Positions 47,705 to 56,813 of a DNA stretch of 64,000 nucleotides are shown piece by piece (the first letter of the stretch is position 1; each line of letters opens with the position of its first letter). Made by a program: the position numbers and the translations under genes. The notes under the pieces are model-generated. The model was not told where the DNA came from and ran no database searches. It saw nothing but the letters and a program-made list of their open reading frames with translations. The DNA is from Lachnospiraceae bacterium UBA6987 (lineage in GTDB: Bacteria > Bacillota > Clostridia > Lachnospirales > Lachnospiraceae). Location: assembly GCA_002449955.1 (NCBI GenBank), contig DJYD01000046.1:1355-65354 (forward strand), written 5' to 3'.

Positions 47705-48433
47705 ATGCTTGAACTGCAACACGTCTCCTACGAAGTGGAAGAGGATGGCGAAAAAAAACAAATCTTAAAAGATATCAATCTGACCATTGAGGATGGAACC
47801 TTCTTAGTCGTGACCGGCCCGAATGGCGGAGGGAAATCTTCTCTTGCCAAGGTTATTATGGGCGTTAATAAAGCTTCCGGAGGGAAAATTCTCCTTGACG
47901 GCGAAGATATTACAGACTTAGGGATCACAGAAAGAGCAGCGAAGGGGATCAGTTTTGCCTTCCAGACGCCGGTGACCTTCAAAGGGATACGTGTCGTTGA
48001 CCTGCTCAGGATGGCATGCGGAAAACAGATTTCCATCATGCAGGCCTGTGACTATCTTTCGCAGGTCGGCCTCTGCGCCAAGGATTACATTGAACGCGAG
48101 GTGAACGGATCGCTTTCCGGCGGTGAGCTGAAACGCATTGAGATCGCCACCGTGCTCGCTCGCGGAACCAAGCTGTCACTCTTCGATGAACCGGAGGCCG
48201 GAATCGATATCTGGAGTTTCCAGAATCTGATCCGGGTCTTTGAGACGGTGCGTGAGAATGTCAGCGGCTCCGTGATGATCATTTCCCACCAGGAACGGAT
48301 TCTCAGCATTGCGGATAAGATCGCGGTGATCGAGGACGGCTGTGTATCCCGCTTCGGAACCAGGGACGAGGTCCTGCCGAAGCTTCTCGGGACAGCTTCC
48401 GCGGTAAATGCGGCCTGCAGCAAGCTTGACTAA
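47705..48433 (+). CDS. sufC: Fe-S cluster assembly ATPase SufC
   Basis: 242 aa. Walker A GPNGGGKSS, signature LSGGELKR, Walker B LSLFDEPE and H-loop ISHQ. Followed by a SufB/D-family gene. Confidence 0.88.
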   Translation: MLELQHVSYEVEEDGEKKQILKDINLTIEDGTFLVVTGPNGGGKSSLAKVIMGVNKASGGKILLDGEDITDLGITERAAKGISFAFQTPVTFKGIRVVDLLRMACGKQISIMQACDYLSQVGLCAKDYIEREVNGSLSGGELKRIEIATVLARGTKLSLFDEPEAGIDIWSFQNLIRVFETVRENVSGSVMIISHQERILSIADKIAVIEDGCVSRFGTRDEVLPKLLGTASAVNAACSKLD

Positions 48434-48443
48434 GGAGGGAAAT

Positions 48444-49364
48444 ATGTTAGATGCGATCCAGAGACATTTGATTGAAGAAATAGCCGACCTGCATACGGTT
48501 CCCGAAGGCGCTTACAATATCCGTGCAAACGGCAAGCTTGACAGCCGCAGGACGACAGCCAATATCGATATCATCTCAAAGACAGATAAAAGCGGTATCG
48601 ACATCCGCATCAAGGACGGCACGAAGAAGGAATCCGTCCACATTCCGGTGGTTTTAAGTGAAAGCGGCCTGAAAGAGACGGTGTACAATGATTTTTATAT
48701 CGGCGAAGACTGCGATGTGGTCATCGTAGCCGGCTGCGGCATCGATAACTGCGGCGTACATGACTCGGAGCATGACGGCGTGCACCGTTTCTTTATCGGG
48801 AAGAACTCCCGGGTGAAATATGTCGAGAAGCATTACGGCCAGGGCGACGGGACAGGCAAGCGCATCCTGAACCCGGTCACCGAAGCCTATCTTGAGGAAG
48901 GCGCACATGCGGAATTCGAGATGGTCCAGATCAAGGGCGTGGATTCGACCGTCCGCACCAACATCGCAAAGCTCGCTGCCGGCGCTTCCTTCGTCGTTCA
49001 CGAAGCGCTCATGACGCACGGACAGCAGACCGCAAAGAGCGTATACACCGTGGATTTAGACGGGGAGGATTCCTCGGCTGACGTGGTTTCCCGCTCGGTT
49101 GCCAGAGACGACTCGGTGCAGGAGTTTGAAGCCTGCCTGGTCGGCAATACGCTATGCAAGGGCCACGCGGAATGCGACGCGATCATTATGGACCGGGCAA
49201 AGGTGACTTCGGTACCCAAGCTGGAAGCCAATTCGGTCGATGCGGCGCTCATCCACGAGGCGGCCATCGGGAAGATTGCCGGTGACCAGCTGATCAAGCT
49301 GATGACACTGGGCTTATCCGAAGAACAGGCGGAAGAGCAGATCATCAGCGGATTCCTCCGGTAA
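48444..49364 (+). CDS. SufB/SufD-family Fe-S assembly scaffold protein (short clostridial type)
   Basis: ATG 48444 follows AAGGAGG (the track ORF opens at 48408). 306 aa with the beta-helix SufBD core and C-terminal AAIGKI..DQLIKLMTLGLSEEQAEE..I.GFL, typical of SufB/D. Confidence 0.8.
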   Translation: MLDAIQRHLIEEIADLHTVPEGAYNIRANGKLDSRRTTANIDIISKTDKSGIDIRIKDGTKKESVHIPVVLSESGLKETVYNDFYIGEDCDVVIVAGCGIDNCGVHDSEHDGVHRFFIGKNSRVKYVEKHYGQGDGTGKRILNPVTEAYLEEGAHAEFEMVQIKGVDSTVRTNIAKLAAGASFVVHEALMTHGQQTAKSVYTVDLDGEDSSADVVSRSVARDDSVQEFEACLVGNTLCKGHAECDAIIMDRAKVTSVPKLEANSVDAALIHEAAIGKIAGDQLIKLMTLGLSEEQAEEQIISGFLR

Positions 49365-49370
49365 AGTGCT

Positions 49371-50750
49371 ATGAGCGGAGGCGGAGTGCAGACAAAATCT
49401 ATGGTTCAGGACCTGACGGAGGGGAGCATCACAAAGCTGCTCCTCCGTTTTGCGTTGCCTCTTCTTGCCGCCAATGCGCTTCAGGCGCTTTATAATTTGG
49501 TGGATATGGTTGTCGTAGGCCAGCATATCGGCGGCATGGGCATGTCTGCGGTATCTATCGGCGGCGACCTTCTGCATCTGATCACCTTCATCGCCATGGG
49601 CTTTTCCTCTGCGGGGCAGGTGCTGATCGCCCGTGATGTCGGAGCCGGACGCATGGATCAGGTAAAACGCATGATCGGCAATCTGTTCGTTTTTCTGTTT
49701 TCGGCGTCGGTCCTGATCGGAACGCTCTGTCTCATTTTCCGGCGTCAGATCCTGGAACTTGTCAATACACCGGATGAGGCTTTTGACGCCACCATGAGCT
49801 ATTTTGTCACCTGCGCGTTCGGCCTGGTCTTCATCTACGGCTACAACTGCGTCAGCGCCATCCTGCGCGGTATGGGGGACAGCAAAAGACCTTTCCTTTT
49901 TGTCGGGATAGCCGCGGTACTGAACACCGTCCTGGACATCCTTTTCGTCATCCCCTGCGGCATGGGCGTCTTCGGCGCGGCATTAGCGACGGTGATCGGC
50001 CAGGGAGCAAGCTTTGTGCTCTCCATCATCTATCTGTACCGTAAACGCGAAGCGTTCAGTTTTGATTTTAAGCCGGCCAGCTTCCGCCCGGACGCCCGAA
50101 CCATGGGCAGACTCGTCAGCCTCGGGATCCCCATGTCGATTCAGTCGATGGCTGTATCTTTTTCAAAAACTGTGCTAATGAGTTGGATTAATGGTGAAGG
50201 CTTGACATATTCAGCACTTGCAGGGATATACAATAAAACACATACGATATTCAGTATTGTTTATAATTCGTTTACTACAGCAGGTTCAGCTATGGTTGGA
50301 CAGAACCTGGGGGCAGAGAAAAATGATCGCGTTCCAATGATTTTGAAAACAATATTAGGCGTCGGTATAACTATAGCAACAGGGATAGCTCTTTTCATTC
50401 TTTCATTCAGTGAACCAATCTATAGACTTTTCACAGGGGATAATACTGTTTTGAAGGTAGCACACATCTTGACTGTTCCGATCATTATAAATTTGTACGG
50501 AGCTGCTACACGCTGTACAGGCTTCTCTCTCATAAATGGAAGTGGGAGATCTCGTCTTAATCTATTTGTGGCAATATTTGACGGCATGATTAGTCGGATC
50601 GGAATTGCAGCACTACTTTACTTTGTCTGGGACATGGGTGCACTCGGCTGCTGGTATGGTGATGCACTGGCAGGTTTCATGCCGATCATCATCGGAGGTG
50701 TTTTTTTCCTTAGTGGTAAATGGAAGGCTTTGCCACGGAATGAACAGTAG
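49371..50750 (+). CDS. MATE-family efflux transporter (compositionally chimeric)
   Basis: 459 aa, 12 hydrophobic helices, typical MATE start ..LTEGSITKLLLRFALPLLAANALQALYNLVDMVVVG. The start could instead be ATG 49401. GC drops sharply at about 50,160 within the ORF. Confidence 0.85.
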   Translation: MSGGGVQTKSMVQDLTEGSITKLLLRFALPLLAANALQALYNLVDMVVVGQHIGGMGMSAVSIGGDLLHLITFIAMGFSSAGQVLIARDVGAGRMDQVKRMIGNLFVFLFSASVLIGTLCLIFRRQILELVNTPDEAFDATMSYFVTCAFGLVFIYGYNCVSAILRGMGDSKRPFLFVGIAAVLNTVLDILFVIPCGMGVFGAALATVIGQGASFVLSIIYLYRKREAFSFDFKPASFRPDARTMGRLVSLGIPMSIQSMAVSFSKTVLMSWINGEGLTYSALAGIYNKTHTIFSIVYNSFTTAGSAMVGQNLGAEKNDRVPMILKTILGVGITIATGIALFILSFSEPIYRLFTGDNTVLKVAHILTVPIIINLYGAATRCTGFSLINGSGRSRLNLFVAIFDGMISRIGIAALLYFVWDMGALGCWYGDALAGFMPIIIGGVFFLSGKWKALPRNEQ

Positions 50751-50793
50751 ATAATCATCAGAAAACTTTGAATCACGCTTATAAGTAGATAGA

Positions 50794-50820
50794 GCACAAA
50801 AAAGGAGGCGTAAGCCTCCT
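50794..50820 (-). terminator. Intrinsic terminator of the gntR-family gene
   Basis: On the minus strand: AGGAGGC-ttac-GCCTCCT followed by TTTTTTGTG, 70 nt after the stop at 50891. Confidence 0.7.
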
Positions 50821-50890
50821 GAACAATATGGGTATCAGTGAAAGCAATAGGACTATGCTCGTAACTATTTTGTGGCAATTCCGATGTTAG

Positions 50891-51562
50891 TTAATCTTGT
50901 ATTCCAAAAAAAGAACCATTTTCACGTTGACTTAGGATATCTGCACGTGCAAGGGTGAGGTGCTGGCTAACCATTTCCATAGCACCTTTCCCGTCTCGCT
51001 GCTCAAGTTTTTCTACAATATGATAATGCTCGGGCATACTCTGTTCAATACGCGAATGCAGATTAGTGGTCAGATAACGTATTCGTTGTTGCTGATCATT
51101 AATCCGATCCATCCAATTTTTGAGGACCTCATTGCCAGAGAGTTCAATGAGCTTATTATGGAAATTTAAATCTGACTGAAAGTATTGATTAAAATTATGA
51201 TTGTCATAGTTTTTCTGCATCTCATCAACAATGGTTCTCATTTCCTGAAGCTGTGAGACAGAGACAGTTTCTGCAACAGTTTGTGCGGCTAACATTTCAA
51301 TTGCTTTTCTGGCGTCATAAATATCAGATATCAGCTTCCAAGTAATTGGTTTCACTCGAAATTTTCTTCCATCGGCATCTTCTAAAAGGCCCTCGTCTCG
51401 TAGACGAACCAATGCTTCTCGCACGGGGGTACGACTAAAACCATACTTCTCAGAAAGATGCTGAACAATTAAAATTTGACCAGGCATATACTGAAGAGAT
51501 ACTATTTTATCTTTGAGTAATGCATATACTTCGTTTGTCTTAGGATCTTTTGTTTCAACCAT
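50891..51562 (-). CDS. GntR-family (FadR/FCD subfamily) transcriptional regulator
   Basis: Winged-helix motif LSEKYGFSRTPVREALVRLRDEGLL plus an all-helical FCD-like C-terminal domain. The start is set at ATG 51562 (MVETKD), 7 nt after GGGAGG. The track ORF opens at 51607. Confidence 0.88.
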   Translation of the reverse strand: MVETKDPKTNEVYALLKDKIVSLQYMPGQILIVQHLSEKYGFSRTPVREALVRLRDEGLLEDADGRKFRVKPITWKLISDIYDARKAIEMLAAQTVAETVSVSQLQEMRTIVDEMQKNYDNHNFNQYFQSDLNFHNKLIELSGNEVLKNWMDRINDQQQRIRYLTTNLHSRIEQSMPEHYHIVEKLEQRDGKGAMEMVSQHLTLARADILSQRENGSFFGIQD

Positions 51563-51747
51563 TTCAAGTCCTCCCACATCCACGGTATACGTTGTATAGT
51601 ATAGCAAACGTTTTGCGATAAGTGCAATGGATTGTTTTTTGTTTTCGATAGATTTTTGATGCTTTCTCTATAATTGTTCCACTTGTAAGGCACAATGCTA
51701 TTTGATCCAATAAACCTTGATTAGGAATATAAAAGAAAGTTATAAAT

Positions 51748-51814
51748 TTGTCAATAAAAAAATGTATGCAAATTTAAATTTGATATTGCAAAACAATTGT
51801 TGTGGTGCTATAGT
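51748..51814 (+). promoter_or_regulatory. Promoter/operator module A (copy of module B at 62479..62545)
   Basis: TTGCAA (51786-91) - 17 nt - TGcTATAGT (extended -10, 51809-14). A perfect 14-bp palindrome CAAATTTAAATTTG (51769-82) abuts the -35. 57/67 positions are identical, ungapped, to 62479..62545. Confidence 0.65.
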
Positions 51815-52013
51815 AAAAAACGTAAACAGTTATTGAGCTGAAAAAGCATGGATCTTGCCGCGTATGAAGTCGTTACTTGCTGGTGCAAGCGATATGGCGG
51901 TCGAAGGACAAAGATGATAGTCTCAGCTAGAATGAGGAATACCAATATCGAGTCATATTAATACAGTTTTAACTGTTTATTAAAAATGAGCATGTAAGGA
52001 GGAACAATCGAGA

Positions 52014-52673
52014 GTGAATAAGAAGGTGGTTATCTTTCACACAACTTTTGGAACTGTCTCGCCGGTTGAAAAGGCTTTTAAAAGACATTTTCCGGAAGTC
52101 CAGTTGATTTCGTTGGCTGAAGATGGTGTTCTGCCTGAGGTAATTGCCAATAACGGAGTACCGACTCCTGCAATCATAAAGCGATTGATTGGATATGCTG
52201 GAATGGCACAGGAAGTGGGAGCATCGGTATTTGTATGTGTCTGCACTACTCTTGGTATGGCGATGCGGGATGCGCAGAAAGCGCTTTCTATCCCTTTGGT
52301 CATGATTGACGCTGCAATGTTGCGCAAGGCGGTGACACTTGGTAACCGTATAGCATTGTTGATTACTTTTCCTCCTACTGAACGCGCATCGCTGGCTGCC
52401 GCAAAGGAGTTCGCAAAAGAAGCAGGTCGAGAAAATGTTTTGATTGACATTATCACGGTAGAAGGTGCTCGCGAAGCAATGATGCAAGGCGATTTGGCAA
52501 CGCATGACCGATTAATTGCCGAAACCGCCCATAAAGCCGCGCTGGATCATGATGTTATTGCCTTTGCACAGGTCAGCATGTTAGACGCGGCCAATCTTTG
52601 TAGGGATTTGAAAGTTCCGATTTTGACAAGTCTGGAAGATGGTATCAAGCAGTTGGAGGAATATTTGGCATGA
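52014..52673 (+). CDS. Asp/Glu/hydantoin-racemase-superfamily protein
   Basis: 219 aa, GTG start 11 nt after AGGAGG. Two-lobed pattern with VFVCVCTTLG (Cys-containing loop) and a second-lobe VIAFAQVSM. The family call is from general resemblance only. Confidence 0.6.
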   Translation: MNKKVVIFHTTFGTVSPVEKAFKRHFPEVQLISLAEDGVLPEVIANNGVPTPAIIKRLIGYAGMAQEVGASVFVCVCTTLGMAMRDAQKALSIPLVMIDAAMLRKAVTLGNRIALLITFPPTERASLAAAKEFAKEAGRENVLIDIITVEGAREAMMQGDLATHDRLIAETAHKAALDHDVIAFAQVSMLDAANLCRDLKVPILTSLEDGIKQLEEYLA

Positions 52674-53869
52674 GTAGGAAAAAAGACCTGACGGTGACAA
52701 AGGTTGAGGCAATGGTGCTGAGGTATCAGTATGAAAAGGGAATTGCCGATGCACAAAACTTCTTTTCTGCACGTAGTGCTGTGATCGTACAGGTACATAC
52801 TGCTTGCGGGATAACTGGGATCGGAGAATCTGCGTCCTTTGGAGGTCCTGCAGAAACCACGAAGTATATCATTGAACATGAGCTTGCTCCTATTGTTATC
52901 GGAGAAGATGCATCATCAGTCAGTCGGATTTGGCAAAAAATGTTTGACCGGACAAGGCAACATGGACGCAGTGGTGTAATTATGGCAGCCATGAGCGGAA
53001 TTGATATCGCACTGTGGGACGTTGTGGGAAAGCATGCGGACTTGCCTGTTTATAAACTTTTCGGTGGCTATACAGACAAAGTGGTTCCTTATGCTAGCTC
53101 GGGGTTCTATTCTCCTGGTAAAACTGCATCAGATATCGCCGAGGAATGCCGCAGCTACTTCAAACGTGGATTCAAATATGCAAAAATTAAAATTGGACGC
53201 AACCCAGAGATGCTCTTGACGCCTTTGCACAATATGGCTTATGCGGAAGAATGCCAGTATTCTGTGGAAGAGGATTTGGCCCGAGTAGAAGCGTGCTGCA
53301 ATGTGGCAAAAGAATACGGCGCCCGGATCATGGTGGATGCCAACAACACACTGACCACATACAGCGCGATTCAGATCGGAAAGAAGCTGGAAGAACTAAA
53401 TGTCTTCTGGTTTGAAGAGCCGGTTCATGTTGACAATATAAATGGATCTGCAGAGGTTGCCGATGCCCTGTCTATGCCGGTCTCTGGATATGAATCAGAA
53501 ATTGGAGCTTACCGTTTCCGAGAGTTAATTGATCGCAAGGCAGTGGACATTGTTCAGCCTGATGTAATATGGAGCGGCGGCTTTACGGAATGCAAACGAA
53601 TTGCAAGCTATGCAGCCATGCATAATTTACCGTGTAATCCACATGTTTTCTCATCTGGAATCAGCCTGGCAGCCAATTTGCATTTTCTTGCGTCGCTTTC
53701 TAATGGAGGACTGCTTGAAATGGATCAGAATTATTATCCGCTCCGGGACGATCTGTTAACGCAAAAGATCGATATTGCAGAAGACGGATTCGTATATGTT
53801 CCTCAGGGACCCGGATTAGGTGTGGAGCTGAACCCGGATACAGTCGCCAAATATTTGGTTAACTCATAA
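52670..53869 (+). CDS. Enolase-superfamily enzyme, mandelate-racemase subgroup (probable acid-sugar dehydratase)
   Basis: 399 aa. ATGA overlap with the upstream stop. KxK (YAKIKIG), metal ligands D (MVDANN), E (WFEEP) and E (GYESE), and the D...H dyad (IVQPDV, CNPHVF). AMSGIDIALWDVVGK is typical of the MR/MLE N-terminal domain. Confidence 0.85.
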   Translation: MSRKKDLTVTKVEAMVLRYQYEKGIADAQNFFSARSAVIVQVHTACGITGIGESASFGGPAETTKYIIEHELAPIVIGEDASSVSRIWQKMFDRTRQHGRSGVIMAAMSGIDIALWDVVGKHADLPVYKLFGGYTDKVVPYASSGFYSPGKTASDIAEECRSYFKRGFKYAKIKIGRNPEMLLTPLHNMAYAEECQYSVEEDLARVEACCNVAKEYGARIMVDANNTLTTYSAIQIGKKLEELNVFWFEEPVHVDNINGSAEVADALSMPVSGYESEIGAYRFRELIDRKAVDIVQPDVIWSGGFTECKRIASYAAMHNLPCNPHVFSSGISLAANLHFLASLSNGGLLEMDQNYYPLRDDLLTQKIDIAEDGFVYVPQGPGLGVELNPDTVAKYLVNS

Positions 53870-53924
53870 TGTGCATTAAAATATTACTCATAAATGAACT
53901 TAAATGAAGGAGGAAATGTAAAAA

Positions 53925-54944
53925 ATGATTATGAGAACACTTGGCAGAACAGGTATGTCTGTATCTGCATTAGGACTTGGTGGTTTTCAGTTTACTGCTC
54001 AATTTGGTGTATCGCCTCAGGAGGCGGATAATATTATTGATTATGCTGTCGATCATGGGATCAATCTCATTGACACTGCGCAGATTTATGGTGCAGGCGA
54101 AGGTGAAGCCATAATTGGCCGTGCATTGGAACGTCATAAAAACAATAAACCCTATATTTGCGCAAAAGTCGGGCATTTTGAGCATGCTGGCATTCTTGCC
54201 TTCAATCATGACAAAGCGATGCAGGCTTATCAGGATCCTGATGAAATTATGCGGACGCTTAAGCATTCGTTGTGGCTTCTTCGTGAAGATCATTTCGATA
54301 TTATGATGATTCATGAAATCGAGAGGGAATGGAAAGTGAATTTCCCCTCCGGTGACTGTGTCGTCCTTGAAGTTCTGGAAGACCTGAAAAAACAAGGTGT
54401 AGTGAAAGCAATCGGAGCATCTTCATGGGATAGCGTAACCCTCTCGAAGATGATCCGTACCGACCGTATCGATGTGGTATTAATTGCTGGAGGCATTAGT
54501 TTGCTGACAAGGGGAATGTTTGATGAACTGGTGCCTGCAGCCAAAGAACATAATGTTGGAGTTATTGTTGGAGGAATATTAGGCCAGAATACTCCTGGCT
54601 TGGTTGTTAAAAACCGTGATGCCCTTATTCCGTTTAAAGAATCTGATGATACGAAACTGAATGTTTTAGCACATAAGCTGGAAGGCCTCTATGACCTTGC
54701 GGACGAATTAGATCTCAGCATGGTACAGCTTGCGGAAAGATATGCGCTTTCGTTCCCTGATATCCATTCTGTGACTATGGGAGCAAGAGAAGTTGCCCAT
54801 GTCATGGATAATATCCGTTCTGCCGAAATGGGACCGTTACCGGAAGATGCAATTACAAGAATCAATCAGATTCAGGATGCAGGCGATACATTTGATTTCA
54901 GCACAATCGTCCATAAGAGAATGGAAAACCTGGTCAACAAATAA
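53925..54944 (+). CDS. Aldo/keto reductase
   Basis: 339 aa. LGRTGMSVSALGLGG start and catalytic D/Y (IDTAQIYG), K (CAKVG) and H (MMIHE) positions. Confidence 0.88.
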   Translation: MIMRTLGRTGMSVSALGLGGFQFTAQFGVSPQEADNIIDYAVDHGINLIDTAQIYGAGEGEAIIGRALERHKNNKPYICAKVGHFEHAGILAFNHDKAMQAYQDPDEIMRTLKHSLWLLREDHFDIMMIHEIEREWKVNFPSGDCVVLEVLEDLKKQGVVKAIGASSWDSVTLSKMIRTDRIDVVLIAGGISLLTRGMFDELVPAAKEHNVGVIVGGILGQNTPGLVVKNRDALIPFKESDDTKLNVLAHKLEGLYDLADELDLSMVQLAERYALSFPDIHSVTMGAREVAHVMDNIRSAEMGPLPEDAITRINQIQDAGDTFDFSTIVHKRMENLVNK

Positions 54945-54968
54945 GACAGAAGAGAAAGGAAAGTTACT

Positions 54969-55607
54969 ATGAGTGTGAAAACCATTCCAAACGGTCAGCC
55001 GTTTTTTACCATTCGCTACATTGAAAATGAAAAGGATTATCGAATTGAACCCTTTAGCATTCTGATTAATATGGCGATTGAATCTAAAGCGAATATTATG
55101 ATTGACAATATTCCCCAAGCGCCTCTGCACGGAGCAATTGTCGGAAATATTACAATTCCGGAAATTGAGAAGGCTATCCTTATTGAGGACTATGCAAAAT
55201 ATACGAAGGAACCTGATTTCTTCGATAAGGTAAAGGAAACATGGCCTCGCATGTATACGATCCGGCCGGAAGAGCGCTTCCGTGATGCGCAAATGTATGT
55301 GGCACAAGGTGATGCACATATCACACCGCATATTGAACTTGGCGTGTGTTGCGTTATGGGCGCGAACTATTCAACCGGTCTACACAAAACACATCCCAGA
55401 AATATCGATGAATATCATGTGCAGATTGCGGGTATTGGCAAAATGCAGAAGTTTTATGAAAATGATGTCAATACAATGTATCAGGACATTTATATGGCTC
55501 CTGGTATTGTACATGAAACAATCTTTGATGCAAATGGAGTTTATCCGTGGCATCAGTATAAAACTGTAACTGACGTTGTTTTTATGGGCATTAAGATTGA
55601 TCGGTGA
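54969..55607 (+). CDS. Hypothetical protein, possibly cupin-fold
   Basis: 212 aa. His/Glu cluster GLHKTHPRNIDEYHVQIAG followed by APGIVHE resembles the two cupin motifs. GAAAGGAAAG SD-like run upstream. Confidence 0.5.
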   Translation: MSVKTIPNGQPFFTIRYIENEKDYRIEPFSILINMAIESKANIMIDNIPQAPLHGAIVGNITIPEIEKAILIEDYAKYTKEPDFFDKVKETWPRMYTIRPEERFRDAQMYVAQGDAHITPHIELGVCCVMGANYSTGLHKTHPRNIDEYHVQIAGIGKMQKFYENDVNTMYQDIYMAPGIVHETIFDANGVYPWHQYKTVTDVVFMGIKIDR

Positions 55608-55677
55608 GTATCCCTGCATGAGTGCAGGTTCCTCAATTAATACACAAAGCCAACAAAAAACGAAAGGAAAAATCAAA

Positions 55678-56724
55678 ATGAAAAAGACAGTAGCACTTGT
55701 CCTCTCCGCCATTATGTGCCTGACACTCTTCGCAGGCTGCGGCAAGGAAACGCCCTCATCCACTCCTGCAGCAAGTCAGGGATCTGAAGCTCCGACGACA
55801 ACGAAAGCACCATCTGCTGACAAGCTTACCCTTAAGCTTGACTCGGGCTTTACGGCTGGCACAGTGTTGGCTGAGATCCCGCAGGAAATTATTAAGCGGG
55901 TGACGGAAGCCTCCAATGGAACCATCGAAATCCAGGATTTTCCTCAGGATGCTCTGGGAACATCGCCTGAACGTGCACCTATGCTAATGGCGGGTGAACT
56001 TGATATTTCGGTTCATGCCTTGTCAGTCTTTGACCAGTACAATCCGAAGCAGACGATCTTAAATGCATTCTTTATGTTTGAAAGCTGGGATCATTACAAG
56101 GCCTGCCAGGAAACGGATATTTATAAGGGTATCATTTCCGATCTTGAAAAAGCTATCCATGCCACCGTGGTATCTGACGTGTACCTTGGCAGACGCAACA
56201 TGCTCTCCAAGAAGCCGATTGAATCCTTGGAAAGCCTTAAGGGTATGAAGTTCCGCGTTCCCAATGAACCGATGCCGATTGCTGCAATTAAAGCCCTTGG
56301 TGCTGCTGCTACACCTATTGTTGGACCTGAAGTCTATACTGCATTGCAGAATGGCACTGCTGAGGCCACAGAAAGCCCTGCTGCTGAAATTGTGAATCGT
56401 GCATTCTATGAAATTTGTAATTACCTGACCTTTACTGCTCACCAGTATCAGACATACTGCTTCTTCATCTCTGATGCTGCAAAAGCCCGTATGACGGAAG
56501 ATCAGTACAATTTGATTACAAAAGTCATTAAAGAAGTCTGTGATGAGTACACCGTCAAGCAGCAGGCCTCTGAAGCTGAAGCCGAGAAGTTCCTTCGTGA
56601 GAAGTGCACCTGCTTCGATATCGACCTGACTGAAATGCGCAATGCCGTACAGTCCATCTACGATGATTATGATGATGTTTGGGGTGATGGCGCATGGGAA
56701 GCCTTTAAAGCTCTTGCCAAATAA
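55678..56724 (+). CDS. TRAP transporter solute-binding lipoprotein (DctP family)
   Basis: ATG 55678 gives MKKTVALVLSAIMCLTLFAGCG (lipobox). The track ORF opens at 55576. DctP-like blocks (LKGMKFRVPN, ALQNGTAEATESP). Followed by the Q and M subunits. Confidence 0.88.
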   Translation: MKKTVALVLSAIMCLTLFAGCGKETPSSTPAASQGSEAPTTTKAPSADKLTLKLDSGFTAGTVLAEIPQEIIKRVTEASNGTIEIQDFPQDALGTSPERAPMLMAGELDISVHALSVFDQYNPKQTILNAFFMFESWDHYKACQETDIYKGIISDLEKAIHATVVSDVYLGRRNMLSKKPIESLESLKGMKFRVPNEPMPIAAIKALGAAATPIVGPEVYTALQNGTAEATESPAAEIVNRAFYEICNYLTFTAHQYQTYCFFISDAAKARMTEDQYNLITKVIKEVCDEYTVKQQASEAEAEKFLREKCTCFDIDLTEMRNAVQSIYDDYDDVWGDGAWEAFKALAK

Positions 56725-56813
56725 ATTATTTGGTTCTGAGCCTGCGGCGGCAGTGGTAACTGCTGCCGCCGCAGATTTTCTACCAAGCAACTCATTTGCC
56801 AGGAGGTATTAAT

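Noticed and set aside
51848-51961. 37-codon ORF (MDLAAYEVVTCWCKRYGG...) in the TRAP operon leader, considered as a leader peptide.
   Set aside because: There is no Shine-Dalgarno before the ATG and no obvious regulatory codon run. It is treated as part of a structured RNA leader instead.
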